64,000 nt of DNA from Lates japonicus. Its lineage: Eukaryota. The notes below the pieces were generated by a model that worked only from the letters and a program-made list of their open reading frames with translations, was not told the origin of the DNA and did no database searches. Shown here in pieces: positions 47,373 through 61,936 of the stretch (position 1 is the stretch's first letter; each line of letters starts with the position of its first letter). Where the stretch lies: the NCBI GenBank assembly GCA_033238685.1, contig BRZM01000010.1, forward strand, positions 3,885,405 to 3,949,404. The letters run 5' to 3'. Position numbers and translations under genes: made by a program.

Positions 47373-50300
47373 TTTAGTCTGTTTGGTTTAGATTTGAATC
47401 TGTATTTAGTTGCAGGCAAACCCTTTTTCTTCTTGGTTGAATGATTCATTGATTTGGTGTCGTCAGATCCTTTAATTAAAGCAGGAATACCACAATGTGA
47501 AAATAAGACAGTACAAGTTAAAGTCCTGTTTTTAAAGGTATTTAGCAGCCAAATGTTGAATGAAAAATAAAGGTAGCCATTCTGGAGAATGACACAGTGT
47601 AGTGTTCACTTGGATTCAAAGATGAACTGATTAGATTTTGGTGGTCTGAGGTCAAAGTCACAAAACGTGTTTTTGGCCATAACTCAAAAATTCATACACT
47701 AATTATTACAAAAGTTCACACAAATGACTCAATAGGATTAAATGATGAAGTGATTTTATATCCACAAGGTCAAAGGTCAGCTTCACTCTGACATCATAAT
47801 GTTATGCCAAAATATTTTTCTGGCCATTGTTCAACGCCATAACTCAGGAACAGAGGGGGAGATTGAGACAACATTTCTTGCAACTTGACTGGTTGGTGGA
47901 GACATACAACCACGAGGCGGTGATTCTAGTTAACTGAGATCTGTGAGAAAGAATAAGAACAGCTTTTGGAATGATGATGGAAAATCCTCCTCCAGCATGT
48001 CTTGTCTTTTTAGCACACATTAGTGAGATCTCTGCAATAAAGACACCTTATCTTCTGGAAAAGAGCTACAGGACATTTAGGCCAAGGTCTGGTGTTGAGC
48101 AGGATGTGTGCTGTTGATTTTTAGAGCTTTTTTTTGCTGAAAACAGCTGCCTGCATGAGAGCATGAACCAGAAAAGTACATGTAATCATTTCATCCATTT
48201 GTAGCATAAAAAGACTGATGAGTAGGAGCAGAGATGCTCCCCTGCAGGTTAAAACCTCCTAACACAGTTGAATCCAACTTGGTCAAACTTGTTTTTTTGT
48301 TTTTTTTTTTGTTCCTTAAAAGTTTAGATTTTGGAAATGAAGACACAAGGCTTTTATAAAGGATAACACAATAAGGCTAATTAGTTTATTTCCCATGAGG
48401 TCCTCAGTGGGAGGTTGAAGTTGCAGCAGCAAGAGAGCACAGTTTGATTAAATCAATACAGCAGCAACAAACAATATTGCAGCAAACATATTACTAAATA
48501 AACTCAACAATAAAGAGGAGTAGTCCAAGAAAATTGAGAGTATTGTTATGTCATATTAAAAGTATTTAGTCACAGCCAGTAGCAACATCATGCATTGCTT
48601 TTGCATTAGTTTGTGTTGGGACGTGTACACTAAGGAGAGGACCAGACTCACTGTAGAGGCAGTTGTTGCTCTAAAGTTTAAATATTATTACTGGGAGTCA
48701 CCTAAGACTAACATACAAGCATAACAAATATAGCCATTAAATTAAAGTGATCTGTCAAGATTAATGACACTACACAGAATCGGCGAAGCAGACGTACACA
48801 CAGAGTTCCTCGTTTCATCAGCTCCCTGAGGAAAACGAATTTACATTTCAAAGTTTCAGGATTAAAAGAAAATCAAAGCAGAGTTTCAAGGGGTTTAGAG
48901 GCCTTGCTGCAGACACACGGAGAACTGTTGAACATGAACTTAACTGTGAGTTTTCAGTGACTGTGTCGTTCGGAGTGTTGTGTTGGCATGAGTACATGTT
49001 GTAAAGTTACGGTCACAACTTGGACTGTGTGTGTGTTGTACTGACTAATTTTTTAATAAGCTTTTTCCTGTGTTACTGTACTCTTCTGACTTCATTCGCT
49101 CCCCTCCCATCCCAAAATTTGATTCCAAAATTTTCACTGTCCTGTGGAGAAAGGTATTTTTATTTGATAGCAATGGCCTGGGCCCTGGGCCCTCTTCTTT
49201 CTGTAACTTTCTGAAAGTGACTGTGTGATGTTCACTCCCACTTAAGGCAGGAATTGGCCAGTTGTGCAGAGGAGGTTTGGACTTCTCTCTGTGGCCCTGT
49301 TTTTTTTATTTTATTTTATTTTTTTACATTATTTACACAGCAATTTCTGTCACTTTTTGTGTGAACATTCAAGTGCAACACAATGAAAGTTTCGAAGAGA
49401 GTGTGTCTGAAAATATGCATAATATGCATTTAAACATTATGGTGTCTCTCCCCTCTATACGTCAGCCCTGGCTTTTCACTCCCTCCAGTGTGACAGCTCA
49501 GAACAAATATGTGGTCAGACAACGTTTTACAAACGAGCACAAACTGACCCTGACAACATTACACCATGATAGACTACTTGGTGTTTGTGCTGCTTGAAAT
49601 GACTTTTAGCAGCAACTTCATTAGTTCACTCACATTTACATTGAGGAAATAGGACAGATAATGTCAATATCCATTTTTGAAAAAATTTAAGTGTAAATGC
49701 ATCCAAAAGGCATTCACGATGGATCTAACTGCTGGAGGTGGATTGAGGAGCAATCTATCCCAGATAGAAAGGGTCTGAATGCATCTGTCTCTCTAAGTTG
49801 CTTAATCTTTACTCCTCCCATAGTGTCACTGTGTCAGTAGTATGTGGAAATAACTACTGATCATCTTGACACATCCACAGTCTCTCTGCTTTTGTGATAA
49901 TTGCAGTTAAAATTATACTGAAATTAGGACTTGTTCTGTGTCTCATTAAAACAAGAACAGGAAAAACAGCTCTGGCGAGTTCTACACATATAATCAAATA
50001 CAAGGAACACAGAGCTGCTGTAGAGTTTATCTGACCCCTGATCAGTTCAACCATTGAATGGTCTGTGTGGGTGAGAGGGGCATGAGTTAGCGCCTGCGTA
50101 CAAGATGATAAAACGCTTGTCTCATACCAAACAGTTTGGCTTAACCCAAATGTCCGGACTTCACCGGACTTGTAGACTCAGAGACTTAATCAGTGTGTTC
50201 CATGAGGGCTGAGGGCTGTCCAAATCCACAATTCATCAGGTCCACAAGAGGCCTCAAGTGGACTTTCTGCGGAACAGAGAGTCCTCTTGGGTTGCAAAAT

Positions 50301-53300
50301 TTACCAGACATAATCCTCAGTGATGTAGATGTAACAATGTGAAAAAATTAAATAATATCTTTCAAAGACAATTGCTTTCTTTTTCATTTTTGTTGTGTAA
50401 GTGTATTGATGTAGTAAGATTTCATGTTGCACATAGAGAATATGAATAGGCTGAATAATTTAACTTAGTTATAATCTGCTAAATTAGATGGGCGAAGCTT
50501 TGGTTTTTGTCCGTCTACAGTGTCAGCGGCTGTAATATTGTTTTAGATACATGAAACCTTCTGTCAAAAATATTTTTTCAGCCAAAAGAAACACTTATGA
50601 TGCTAATAACGTAAAATTTTAAAATTGCAAATTAAAACAAACTTTTAATGCCTATTGTTGGTGGCCTATTCCCCTCACTGCGACACCACAGCGCTTGTTG
50701 TGCAGAGTTAATTTTCCCATGACATCATATGGACGAGTGCTGCATGAAGAGCTGGAAAGTGTTGCTTGATATAGTCCTGACTAATCTATTGGCCAAAATA
50801 CTGATGATTCACCAAACATAGGCCATAAAAAACCACGAGGTGTAAAACATAATCTATTTTCACAAGGCTTCTCAGACCAAATACCACCCAAAATTTGTTT
50901 GGAAAGACACATTGGAGTCAGTCAATACCCACCACACCAGACTCAGTCCATCGGTGAAGAGTTTTAACAGACGTCTTGCGAATCTGCTCCTATTTCAAGA
51001 CGCTGGCAGGCCGGTCGAGTCCAAGTTGAGTCTATAGGCTGCTGCTGCTGGCCGCTCTGCTGTATCTGGTTCACGGGCTCTGCTCACACTGTCTTGTGGT
51101 TTGGACCAAACCACTGTCATTTCACTGGAATTTCCTGCCATCTGCGCTCAGTCGAAGTTTCTCACAGATCCACACCTGCTTGTAAATGTTTAGGTCTGCC
51201 AGGAGGAGAGGACGGTGGGATAGGTGAGCGCTGATGGAGGAGAGAGAAAGATCCACAACCCCCAGCTTTTGGTTCGAGTTTCTAAATGATGAAATGAAAA
51301 CTGACTCGTTTGCAAAGGAAATGTGATTTGGTGGAAGACAGAGCTTTTGTTAATGATGAGACAGAAAGATGAGATAGTGTATTTTAACACTGGCCTAAGA
51401 AAACACATTCACATTTCTGGCTCCCATAAGTCACTTACTGCACTTGATGATGATGTTGGAGGTATATTCAGATGCTTCCCTTGAGCAAAAGTAACAATAC
51501 ATTAGTGTCAATATACTCGCCTTTAAAATAGTGAATTAACGTTTCTACACTTTGGTTTTCAAAAGGATTAAATAAATCAGATATAACGTGAATTAATGAG
51601 CTTCAGGTGCTAGAAGGTGGAAGTATTATGTAAAAGTAACAATATTAATTATGTGGAAAAATGGCCTCTGACTTTTATTATGATAAAAAATATTAGAATT
51701 TCTACAGTTTTGTGTCATTTAATCTGTAATACTGCATCAAGATGTATAACATCATATTTTGTTTTATATATGAAAAATTTGAAATCTATTGAGTAACTAT
51801 ATCTCAATTAAATGTAAATAGTACAATATTTTCTTCTTAAATGTTGTGTAGCAGAAGTATAATGAAACCAAAACAGGAAACAGAACACATGTTCTGTCTG
51901 TATGTTTATTTGCATACATTCAACCTTAAACAGTGAAAAGACACAGTAATATTAACTATTGGTATTATTATTAGCATTAGTATCAGAGGAGTATTAAGTG
52001 TCTCACCATAGAGGAAGAGCCCCAGGAGGATCACAGTGTCTAAAGTTAACAGTAATTGAAATGCCTGAACTGTGATTCCACAACACGTCCTTATTTTCTG
52101 CAACATGAGATGTTGTTATTCACCTGCTCCCACTGAGTTTACTTTGACCCAGACTGCCTCCAAAAATCTGAAAAGTGCCCAAGGATTTTTCTGGCTACAA
52201 TCACACAGCAAAGCAGCTACAGTACTATGGAACTGGGAGTTTTACACACCAGTGATAGAAATGATCAACTGTATCAAAATAACTGAGGGCGTTTTACTAT
52301 CGCAGACACTGAGAGCTTCACAGAGTCTCTGACACAGTGCATTGTTGTTCAACATGCATTAGCTCCAACTCCAACATGACCTGCTCAGTTACACTCGCCA
52401 CTCTTTGAAGTACATGAAGAGACTCAACACAGTGGCACAGAAACTCCACCGCTAACTAGCACACAGGTATAAATGCTGTGCCACTTTTGTAGGCTACAGT
52501 GTTGGCTCTGTGTTGATCCTATGCAGAAGTATAAACCAAACTAATCAGGTATTTGATAAAACATCAGATGGGTAGGTGGTCAGAAGCAACAGATGTCCGT
52601 CTATATGAAACAGCAACAGATCACAATTGAGTGTGGCGTTATAATTAAAAATAATTGAGCATATGTGACGATTCTATTCAAAATGAAAAGATTTTTGTGT
52701 GAAGTTTTGGTCACAGATGTGAATGTGTCACCAAAAAAACTAGAAACACTGAGAGAGTGAATGTGTACTGCACATGAGGCTGAAAACGACTCAGAGCGAC
52801 TGGTGGTGCTTTTACGTGCTCGGGTGCTTCAGCGACTTCATGTCGTGCTGGAAAATAAACTGTAAATCAATCACTTCTCTTTTAGCAAATTTTCCATGTG
52901 AGGGCAGATCTGAATGAGCACATCTTTTTATTTTTCACATAGCTGTTAATGTTCCATATGAATGGGTGTCATCTCTGAGTTTATAACTGGAGTCAGGGAT
53001 CCTTGAAAATCTTTGGTGAAATCTAGGTGTAGGGCATGGGAGGTTCTTCCCTCCTGAGGTGATACAATAAACATGTTAATCAAGACAGAGAGCAGGAACT
53101 TTGGTGCTTTATCCAGGATCTATCTAGGATCATTATTGTTTTCAGAAAGCCAAAACTGATCTGATTTGATCAGTATTATCTCTGTAGGATTGATGCCAGT
53201 GATTTTTTACACCTGATATTTAGGTTTGATTTGGATCACAGTTTGATTTCCCCCAATATTGACTGTTCTCTGAGGAACCGAGCTCACCAGGTAAACCTTG

Positions 53301-56300
53301 GCCTTGAGGTTATTTGTAATGTAAGCAGCACTCCTCCTGATCTTTGTCTTTGGCAAAAAGGGAAAAATCAAAGCAATGAGCTTTGCCTTTTGCCGTCTGC
53401 ATCGTCTCAGCCTCTTCCAGCTGGAGTATCAATATATACCCAGGGATGGAAGAGTAATCACCTCCTCTGTTGGGGTGTTGTGGTGAAGCTTTGCATTCCT
53501 CGCTTCAGTTTCAAGCTGTGTTTCCACAGTCATCAGTGGTTTTGTCACCTGGACAGGCCTCGTCTTTTGAGCAGAGCCTTAAAAATTTAGACATGACTTA
53601 GTGGCTGTGTCTTTATTGGCATCACTGATGAATTTTGTCATGGCACTGGTGCTGCTTCAGCGGCCTTGACATTGCCTTCTTCATTAAGCTGATCACTCAC
53701 TTGGATGCTGCAGAGATTTCTACTTGTTTGGAAAAACTGCCATCAGCACCTTTTTCGCGCTCGCCCTCAGTAGACTTGGCTGCAAGGCTGGGACTGGCGC
53801 ACTGAGCCGTCAGGATCAGAAACGAGGTGGCGACTTCCAGCCATGTGGCCCTCATCAGTGGCATTAACATATCCAGACACCTGGCATGACCTTACTGTCC
53901 ACAGGTGGTTCTCTAGGTCAGCATGAAGTAAAGGGTCTTTGAAGCCTTGGTGTTTGCTGTAGACCTGTTTTTTGTAAAAGTCTCAGGTCAATCAACCTTA
54001 ATGCCAAAAATCTACACAGAAATTTGGTGGAAGTAAGTTTTACTTATTTCAGCTTAATTCAACTTGAGATGATGAGTTGAATGAGGCCATGCTAATACAT
54101 TTTCAAGCCCCTAAAATTGAGACTTTTGTAAACGCTTCTGGCCCCATTTTAGTTTGAAAAACTCCAGGGTTGCATTTTAGTCTGGACAGGAGATTTTTGG
54201 AAACGATGACACTGACAGTATCTTGCAGTGTTGAGGAAAGTGATTTAACCGGACCTGCACCAAAGTTTTATACCTTCCTCCCTGGCTCATGCCCAGTCCC
54301 TCTGCCAAGTTTGGTACAAATTGGCTCCGTACCTTTTGTGTAATCCTTCTGACAAACAAACAAACAAACACATATAACCTTCTTAACAGAGGTAACTACA
54401 AAGTTATGTTTTGTAATCAGCATTTGGAATTTAATAATTTAAGAGAAGAGTAATGTAAAAAAAAGTAAAAAAGTAAATGCAGTTTTAAATAATTTTATTT
54501 CAATATCAAGACCCCATCTTTGCCGCCTTGTGACCCAGTAATAAAACTACTACCTATGATTATTGAACAGGTACTCAGTTATTTAAAAAGTACTTTCAGT
54601 GTCATTATGTCCCTCTTAAATACAAAGTTACTAACACCTGCTTTCCCTTCGTCGTCTTCTCCTGTGCATAGACCTTGATACTGAATAAGTATTTTATTGA
54701 TGCAGTTGTTTGCAGGCTGTAATCTAAAGCATAACGTGTTGCAGTAGTCTTGCTTTATAATTAACCTAAATTAATGCACATGCTCATGTTAATGTGTTCT
54801 TTGTTGGTGTATGACTGACAGCAGCTTGAAGCTCTTGAGTCAGTTCAGCATCAGTGATTCACATGAATCACTCAGTGTTCAGTTCAGTCTAAATAAGGTG
54901 TCGTTCACCTCTAATAACATCAGTCTATCTTTGTGCAGCTTTCAGTGTCAGGTCAGCAGCTTCAGGTCGGGCCTCTTCCCTCCCATTTATAAATAAATGT
55001 TTCAGGAGCCTCCATCTTATGATCCTCCTGTTCAAGTTTCTCAGCTGTGGTCAGTTGGCAGATTGTATAACTGTGAAATTTTCATAGTGGTCTAAGACAG
55101 AACAAAAACAGAACGTGCTGCTCAGCTGTTGCACGTATTCATCATTACATACAAAGTACATCATGTTTTTGGAGGGACACACTATTCTGCATGTCATGTA
55201 ACAGTCAGACCCAGATTGACCTTCCAAGTTTGAACAGAAAATCCAGCTGCTCATCCCACAGCAGGCAGGACTGTGCTCCTAACTCAGCAATGTGCTTGAT
55301 CTCAATGACTTTTTATTACTTTCTTGACTGTGAAATTAATTTATGAGTTGTGTTATGTAAGTAAGATGTATGTGTCTTTTGAAATGTCTGTGTCACTGAA
55401 GAAGTTACACAGAGACAAGAGATGTGTAATGATTTTCTAATGGATACAAATGTGAAGGTCATCTGTGTAAAACTGTTTGTGTGGTAGTGGATGAGTAAAG
55501 GCATCAGCAGAGATAGTGCAGTAATCAGACTCCTGACTGATGTGTGCAGATATTTGAATAGATCTGTACCGTGCAGTGATGCTCACAGATGTTCATATTA
55601 ATTTCACTTGGTAGATGAGATGCTGAGATGGAGATTTGAGAGTTAAAAATATTTTGCTTACTGCTTTATCTGCTGATATATTTGGGTTTTTTTTCAAAGA
55701 ACACAAACATTCTGATGAGGATCCCTTCAATTTGTTTTGGTAAAGAATTGTGATCATAAGTGCTGAGTGAGCCATTTCATGGTTGAAAAATAAACATGTC
55801 ACTAGTCTCAGGTTGACATGACTATGTTAGGGTAACAGTTTTTCTCCCTCTTGGCATTTCTATACTGCAATTTTATGGTACTTACTAGCAGAAGTATATG
55901 GTGATAGAGTATATCTGTAATAAACTAAAATCAGCAGATTATATTTGCCATGCCAAAAATCAGTCGAGATTTTTGACTGTTTATCAAAAGCTTTTTTCTT
56001 AGGCACTGTTTTAAGGAAAAAAAAACTTTTTAATGTAGTTTTTGGGCCAGAAAGTAGAGAGATTAAAGAGGGGACATTGCAGTTAATCCAGAAAATCTGA
56101 ATACGTTTCTGAAGTTATTCTCAGGGAATTAGTATCTACATCTTGATGTTTGACGATATGAGGAGCCTTTGTTAAGACTTTGGAGGTTATAGACTGAGCA
56201 GCCGTTGCCTAAAACCTTAAAGAAGTGGTATTTTATCTGCAAGGTTACTGGTTTGTTTCCCTGGACTGTTTGAAAACTCATGCCTGGGAAAATTTAATAA

Positions 56301-59300
56301 GTACCACTCTTCTCTGCCTCAAAAACTGCTGCCGGTATTAACATCCAGCTGCACAGTATTTGCCAGTAAAAATCTGTGGTCATTCTGTAAATTTCCCAGG
56401 TGTGAAATGTGTGTAACTGTAAGAACGTAAAGCAAGCGGCTGTGAGAAAAGCGCTAATATGCTCACTCAGTTTCCTCTGGATAAATAAAGGTTAATGACC
56501 TGAAAGTAGAGTAAACTAATTTATTATCACACCCCAAGCCCACAAAATTGGTTTCACAGGATTAACCTCTTTTGAAAACAGAGGCCCTGAGGCACAAATT
56601 ATTAAGAGAAGTGTAAACTCTCACCCTCCATCCAACTTTCTGTGTTACTGGGATACCGGTCTCCCATGTCTTTTATAAAAACACAAGTGACAGTTGTGAA
56701 ACTAGTTACGTAATTCACATGTTTTCTTTTATGCACAGCCAGCCACATTTATGAGATTTTGTTCTCTTGCAAACATATTGTTCTAACCTGAAATATACAG
56801 CACCTGTGGGTATTTCTACTCACAAAAACTGTCCCCATGTATTATTTAAATCCAGAAAGTAAGATTTACAACACTCATTTTCCCTCTCAAACTGAAAAAA
56901 TCTCATATGATTTATATAAAAAAAGTAATAAAAAGCTGTGTCAGGATTGCAAATCAGATCTCGGACGTATCTTTAAATCTTTGTCTTTAAATCTTTGCAA
57001 AAGTGCTCACAGTTTTATTTATTTAATATTTATTTGAATTAGAACAAATCTATGAACCAAAGCCACATGCTGTTGCTTTTAAGCTAATCTTTTCCATGCT
57101 ACATGTTGTTGTTCATTAAAACATTATATAGATTATAAATATGACCAATGTGTTCGCAAGTTGTCCTATGACACATCCTGCAGACCTGGAGCAATGTTCA
57201 CTTTCAATTCGAGTGGTGTTAGCTCTGTTTTGGTCTCCACCACCTCCGGAGGGAAATATATGGCCCTTAAGCCATGAAATGCTCCACTGTGTTCACCAGC
57301 TAGTTGCTAATGTTATCTGCCTGTAGTTTTATGCTAGGTAGGTAGTATCCAGTGGGTTGATCAGTGCTTTTTCACCTTAAATAGCAGCCTACTGCAGTGA
57401 AAGTGAACCAAAACAGTAGAGTTACAGGCAGTAAAACCAAAATAATGAGCTGAATCGCACTTAAACGCTCTGTAAAGCTAAGGGGAACTACAGTCAGATA
57501 ATATTTTTTTGCTTTTGCTTCACTATGAGTGATCACTTCACATTACTCACAGTCATTTGATCCATTGTTTACATGAATATATTGATTTGTGCAGCTTTAA
57601 AAGCAGGGGATAGCAGGAGTGACCGGCTGTTCTGTGTTCAGACAGACAATAATTTTCCACTGTTGTTTCCATAAAAAGTTCTGACATGTAAACATTTGGT
57701 CTTAGTCATGATTAGTAAAGAAGCTTATTTTCCCAGACAAGTTGTGTTCACATGCACCTGATGAACTTATAACTCTAATTCTCTGCTTTTCTTGTTACAC
57801 TGATAGCATTTTTTCACAATATAAAACAATGAGGATACTGTATAGTTGCATGAAACAAGCTTCAAATTCCTCTGTATAAATAAAGTTTATATACATACAT
57901 GATAACAGAATCTAATATTTGCCTATATTGATGCAAATTCAGCTAAAGTATTCAGCGTTTCCGCAAGTCTGTTTCACTGTCAATCCACTCTGACGCCTTT
58001 ATAACACCATTGTGGATTATTTAGGAAGACTAGGATTAGGAAACTGCATTTTGTCTGTGTATTCACATCTCTCATTTCAATAAGGATCTGTTTCCCATGT
58101 TTCAGTTGAACCAAAAAGCACAAAAAAGTTTGTAATTCAAGAACCAAAGTGCTTATTGTTGAGACAAGTACACATTTGCTTGTCCTGAAACGCCACAGCT
58201 GTGTTTAGCTAACCTCAGCAAGTGAGTCTTTAAAAGACACCACATGAGATGAGCCTGCTATTTTATAAAGTTTGCTGGCTCAGTTGAGGCTTTGTGGGAC
58301 ACTTTTCTTAGTTTTACTGTCTGACTCTTCTTTCTGGATCAGGACCAAGGTGGTTTGTGAACAGACACTGCTAAAAAAAATCCCCTTTTTGCTATATTTG
58401 CTGCTGGATTTCACTTTGCTAGATTTACAGCAGAGTGGATGTTTACATGCAGATAGTGCAATGGTATTTAGCCAGAGAAATGATATAAGAGGGTTGATCA
58501 GATTTATTCTCAGATTGTAGTGAATCTAATGTTTTGTTTGCATCTCAAATCCCACAATTTGCCCTCAAAACTCTAATATTGGTTTTAACTCTCAAAGCCA
58601 ACAGGTACTAGGTTGCAATTATATTTAAAACATACCAAACCACAAGTATCATTAATCCTGTTCAACCCGTTGACACAGAGACACATTGCAACCTCTCTAA
58701 TTAAGATTCAACCACAGTTCCCATGACTGGTCTGCTACATGACTCCAGTGGGGGGAACTCCAGCGATTTACGGGAAGAATCATAAAACTGTAAACCAGAC
58801 TATACCAGGAAACTATGGGCTTGAACCTACACTTAGTGAGTCCTTCGTCAGCTAATATAACTACAGAAGTGAACTTACTCATCCTCTTAGCTGTGCTGGT
58901 TTCTTGGCTCATAAAACAACAATCCGTATAAAAATCCCATTGAATCTTTCCGATGACTAATTACACGTGGCAGAGATCCTGTTGTAAATTAGATCATCAA
59001 TATCTGGCAGATGGCAGAGAACAGTGGAAATCAAGTCTATTCCAATAAACACTCAAGGACTTTTGCACAGTAGAGCTACTGTATATGTGACAGGGGTGTG
59101 CGGGAAGGGGGGACTTCTGTTTGACCCACCATTTTCCAGCCCTCCCTGTCCTGCATCACTAGCTAGCGGAGAGATGTGGTCCATTACTCGCCCTCTGTTA
59201 ACAAGCATCTGGACTAGGTTTCAGGCAATCGGCTGCCACACAACGCCTGGCTGTTTGCTGCAGGGGTGGCCTTAATGCCTGCAGTAATGAATCAGCCCCG

Positions 59301-61042
59301 ACTGTTACGGCAGCTCAAAGGAAACCAAATATACACTCGCTTCAGCATCGCACTCAGAAATGTTTGATTGAAGCCTGCTGACAAGGGGGTCGGACACGTT
59401 GTTTGTTTGGGTTTTACTTCATCCAAAAACGTCTCCGCTGGTCACCTCGGTCCATTTGCTGTTAATGATTGAACGCGGTGTTGCCGATGGCTGGAAATGA
59501 GGGAATAAGGTTCAGAGAGTGACACATTTTGGGTTTTATGTTTCAACCCTTGGAATGGCATGGCAAGTTGTCACACCAGCTGAGTCACAGCTCTGCAACA
59601 TCACAATAAATCCTGAGTCATTTTAGCCGATAGTAGTTCACAACAGTGGTGGAATGTATTTATTCAAGCACTGGGAAAATCCATCAATTTTACACATCAA
59701 AGTCTGTTTACAGGACTTTGGGAGTACTATTGCATATGTGAAAAAAGTTGTATAAGTCCTTTGTGGCTCCAGAGGAAGCTGTGTGAAATTCTGTATGACA
59801 CCTGAGTCAGCGTCGGTTGGGTCTGAAGACTAAAAGTTTCAAAATTTTTAAAAATCTGTGGGTGTGGAGTTAGAAAGAAGTGAGTTTACCAGACCTCTGT
59901 AGCCTTCTCAATGAGCCTCCGCTTAAATAATGCCCCCAAATCTCTGACCAAGGCATGGAAGAAGAGCATGGAGTAAAAAAAAAATCTCAGATTTTGCTGC
60001 ATTGAGTTTGATTCTTTTAAAAAAAAAAAAAAAACCTGTCCATTGTGAGTTTGATGATTATTGGGGCACAATGCTAAATCATTCTTAGGTAGTTTTACTT
60101 AAGTAGTTCCATTTTATTCCACTTTATACTTCAACATTTCAAGTGTTGATTTGACAGCTGCACTCATTTTACAGATTATGATTTTACACTGAAAAAAATA
60201 CAAGTGGTCGCTAACCTGTCTGACTTGTGACCTTTTACAAAAAAGCAGTTGGGACCCTTTGTCTTGTTTCAGATGTCTATGAGTTGTTAGCACTGTTGTT
60301 GTTAGCAACATTACTCAGAGGTAAAACTCGGCAAATAAGAGAGAAAAGTCCAATATTTTATACAAATATCTGTAGCAAAACTTAGCTTTTCCTCTTTCCT
60401 ACCTCATTATTAATGTCACACCTTCTCAGCTTTATCGTGTGCTCCTTTGGAGAGGTTCAAACACTGGACTAAACTACCTAACTGTAGATAAAGAAGTTAA
60501 AACTGGCTACTGCAGGAAAATGCCGATTATCCATTGATGTATGAACAGTCTAATAACATCACTCACAGGGACCATTTTTATGCAGAACGAGTGCTTTTAC
60601 TTTTGATGCTTTAAGAACATTTTGCTGATGATACTTCTGTACTTTTAAAGTGTGATTCCATGATGCAGGAGTTTAACTTGCATTTGAGTATTGTATGGTG
60701 TTGTTTCTGTACTTTAACTTTAGTAAAAGATCGTCCACCACTGGTTCACAAAGTTCTTATGTGATCTGTGATTGTTGTCTTTTAAGGTGACTCATTCTGG
60801 TCTGGTTTTTGTCTCCCACACAGCACGAGAGATGACTGATCACGCAGCAGTTTGGAACAAATGACAGAAGATTACACACGCAGAAGATGCCAGCAGCTGG
60901 AGATCAATCTAATTTGATTATATTTAAATACTGAAAGATGCTGTGGACGGTTCTGCCTCCAATGGATTCTTAAAGTTGCCCCAAGACAGTTAACATCCAC
61001 GATTTTACTGAAGGGATCTCCTGGTGGAAGTCAGAGAGCGGG

Positions 61043-61258
61043 GGCCAGGATGTGGCCCCCCGACCTCGGGCCTCCAGATGTCCAGCTGACTCTTCCTGGT
61101 TTTGGGAGTGTGTTTGAAGATGCAGAGGACCTGCAGGCGCCGCTGTCTTCTGGTGGCTTCTGTCAGTCCTCGATACATTCAGCTGGTCTGTGCTGTCTAC
61201 CAAGGACCTCCCTGTCCCTGTCCTCCCTGGGGCGAGACCTCACCTCCTTACTCAACTG
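61043..61258 (+). pseudogene. Candidate upstream exon of the GLIS-like locus (MWPPDLGPPDVQLTLPGFGSVFEDAEDLQAPLSS...LTSLLN), donor aact|gtaagact
   Basis: ORF 61050..61286 ends at a gtaag donor that splices in frame to acceptor cacacacag|accc at 61320. Confidence 0.3.
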
Positions 61259-61319
61259 TAAGACTAATGGTTCCCACATAGAATAGACCATGGAGGACTT
61301 TGCCACTACAGCACACACA

Positions 61320-61936
61320 GACCCTAAAAACACCCAGAGGTTCGGTTGTTACCCTCAGCCCTCCCTCCCTTTATCCTACATGCTCACCAGCTATGCCACA
61401 TCTCCTTCTTTCTGCTCCCCCTCACCCTCTGTTTCCTCTACCTCCTCCTCATCATCTTTATTTTTTGCCTCTTCCTCGCCTCTCTCAGACGCCAACAACA
61501 AAGCGTCTCAGCAACAACGAAAGCTACAAGAAGAGTATCACTCCACTAAACAGGAGCCTGCAGATGATTTCATGCCATGTAAGAGGGAACCGTTCCAAAT
61601 GAACAACCAGCAGGGGGAGCTGTTCCATGTTGGCCAGCCCCTCCAATGCCACGATGGTCAGGACAGCACCCAGACCCCTCTGCACTCCTGTCAACGGACC
61701 TGTTGACACAGACCTCATGGCGGACCAACAGGAGCAGCTCTGTCACTGGATCGACTGCAGTGCCAATGCGACAGCAGCCAGAGGAGCCAGGAGCGGTTAA
61801 TGAGAAGGTTCACATCGACCCGCGCAGGGGAGGAGCTTGTATGCTTCGCCGGCTGCGTGCGCCGCCACAAACCTCAACGCTCGCTGCTGCCTATCCACAT
61901 GAGGGTTCATTTGGAGAAAAGCCCAATAAATGCATG
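61320..61936 (+). pseudogene. GLIS1/GLIS3-like exon: Ser/Pro-rich region, then zinc fingers 1-2 (..QEQLCHWIDCSA.. / ..KVHIDPRRG.. / ..EELVCFAGCVRRHKPQRSLLPIHMRVH.. / ..GEKPNKCM|gtgagt) with at least 3-4 frame changes; pseudogene or error-laden
   Basis: The conserved GLIS ZF1-ZF2 residues (CRWIDCSAAYEQQEELVRHIEKSHIDQRKGEDFTCFWAGCVRRYKPFNARYKLLIHMRVHSGEKPNKCM in GLIS1/3) are recoverable only by hopping among three reading frames. A W codon and 2 codons are deleted, and the first ZF histidine is lost. Stops occur in each single frame. Confidence 0.5.

Noticed and set aside
53231-53590. 119-aa + ORF
   Set aside because: No splice context, low-complexity hydrophobic or Cys-rich translation, no homology recognised. 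The surrounding 52.9-54.0 kb may be repeat-derived, but I could not classify it.
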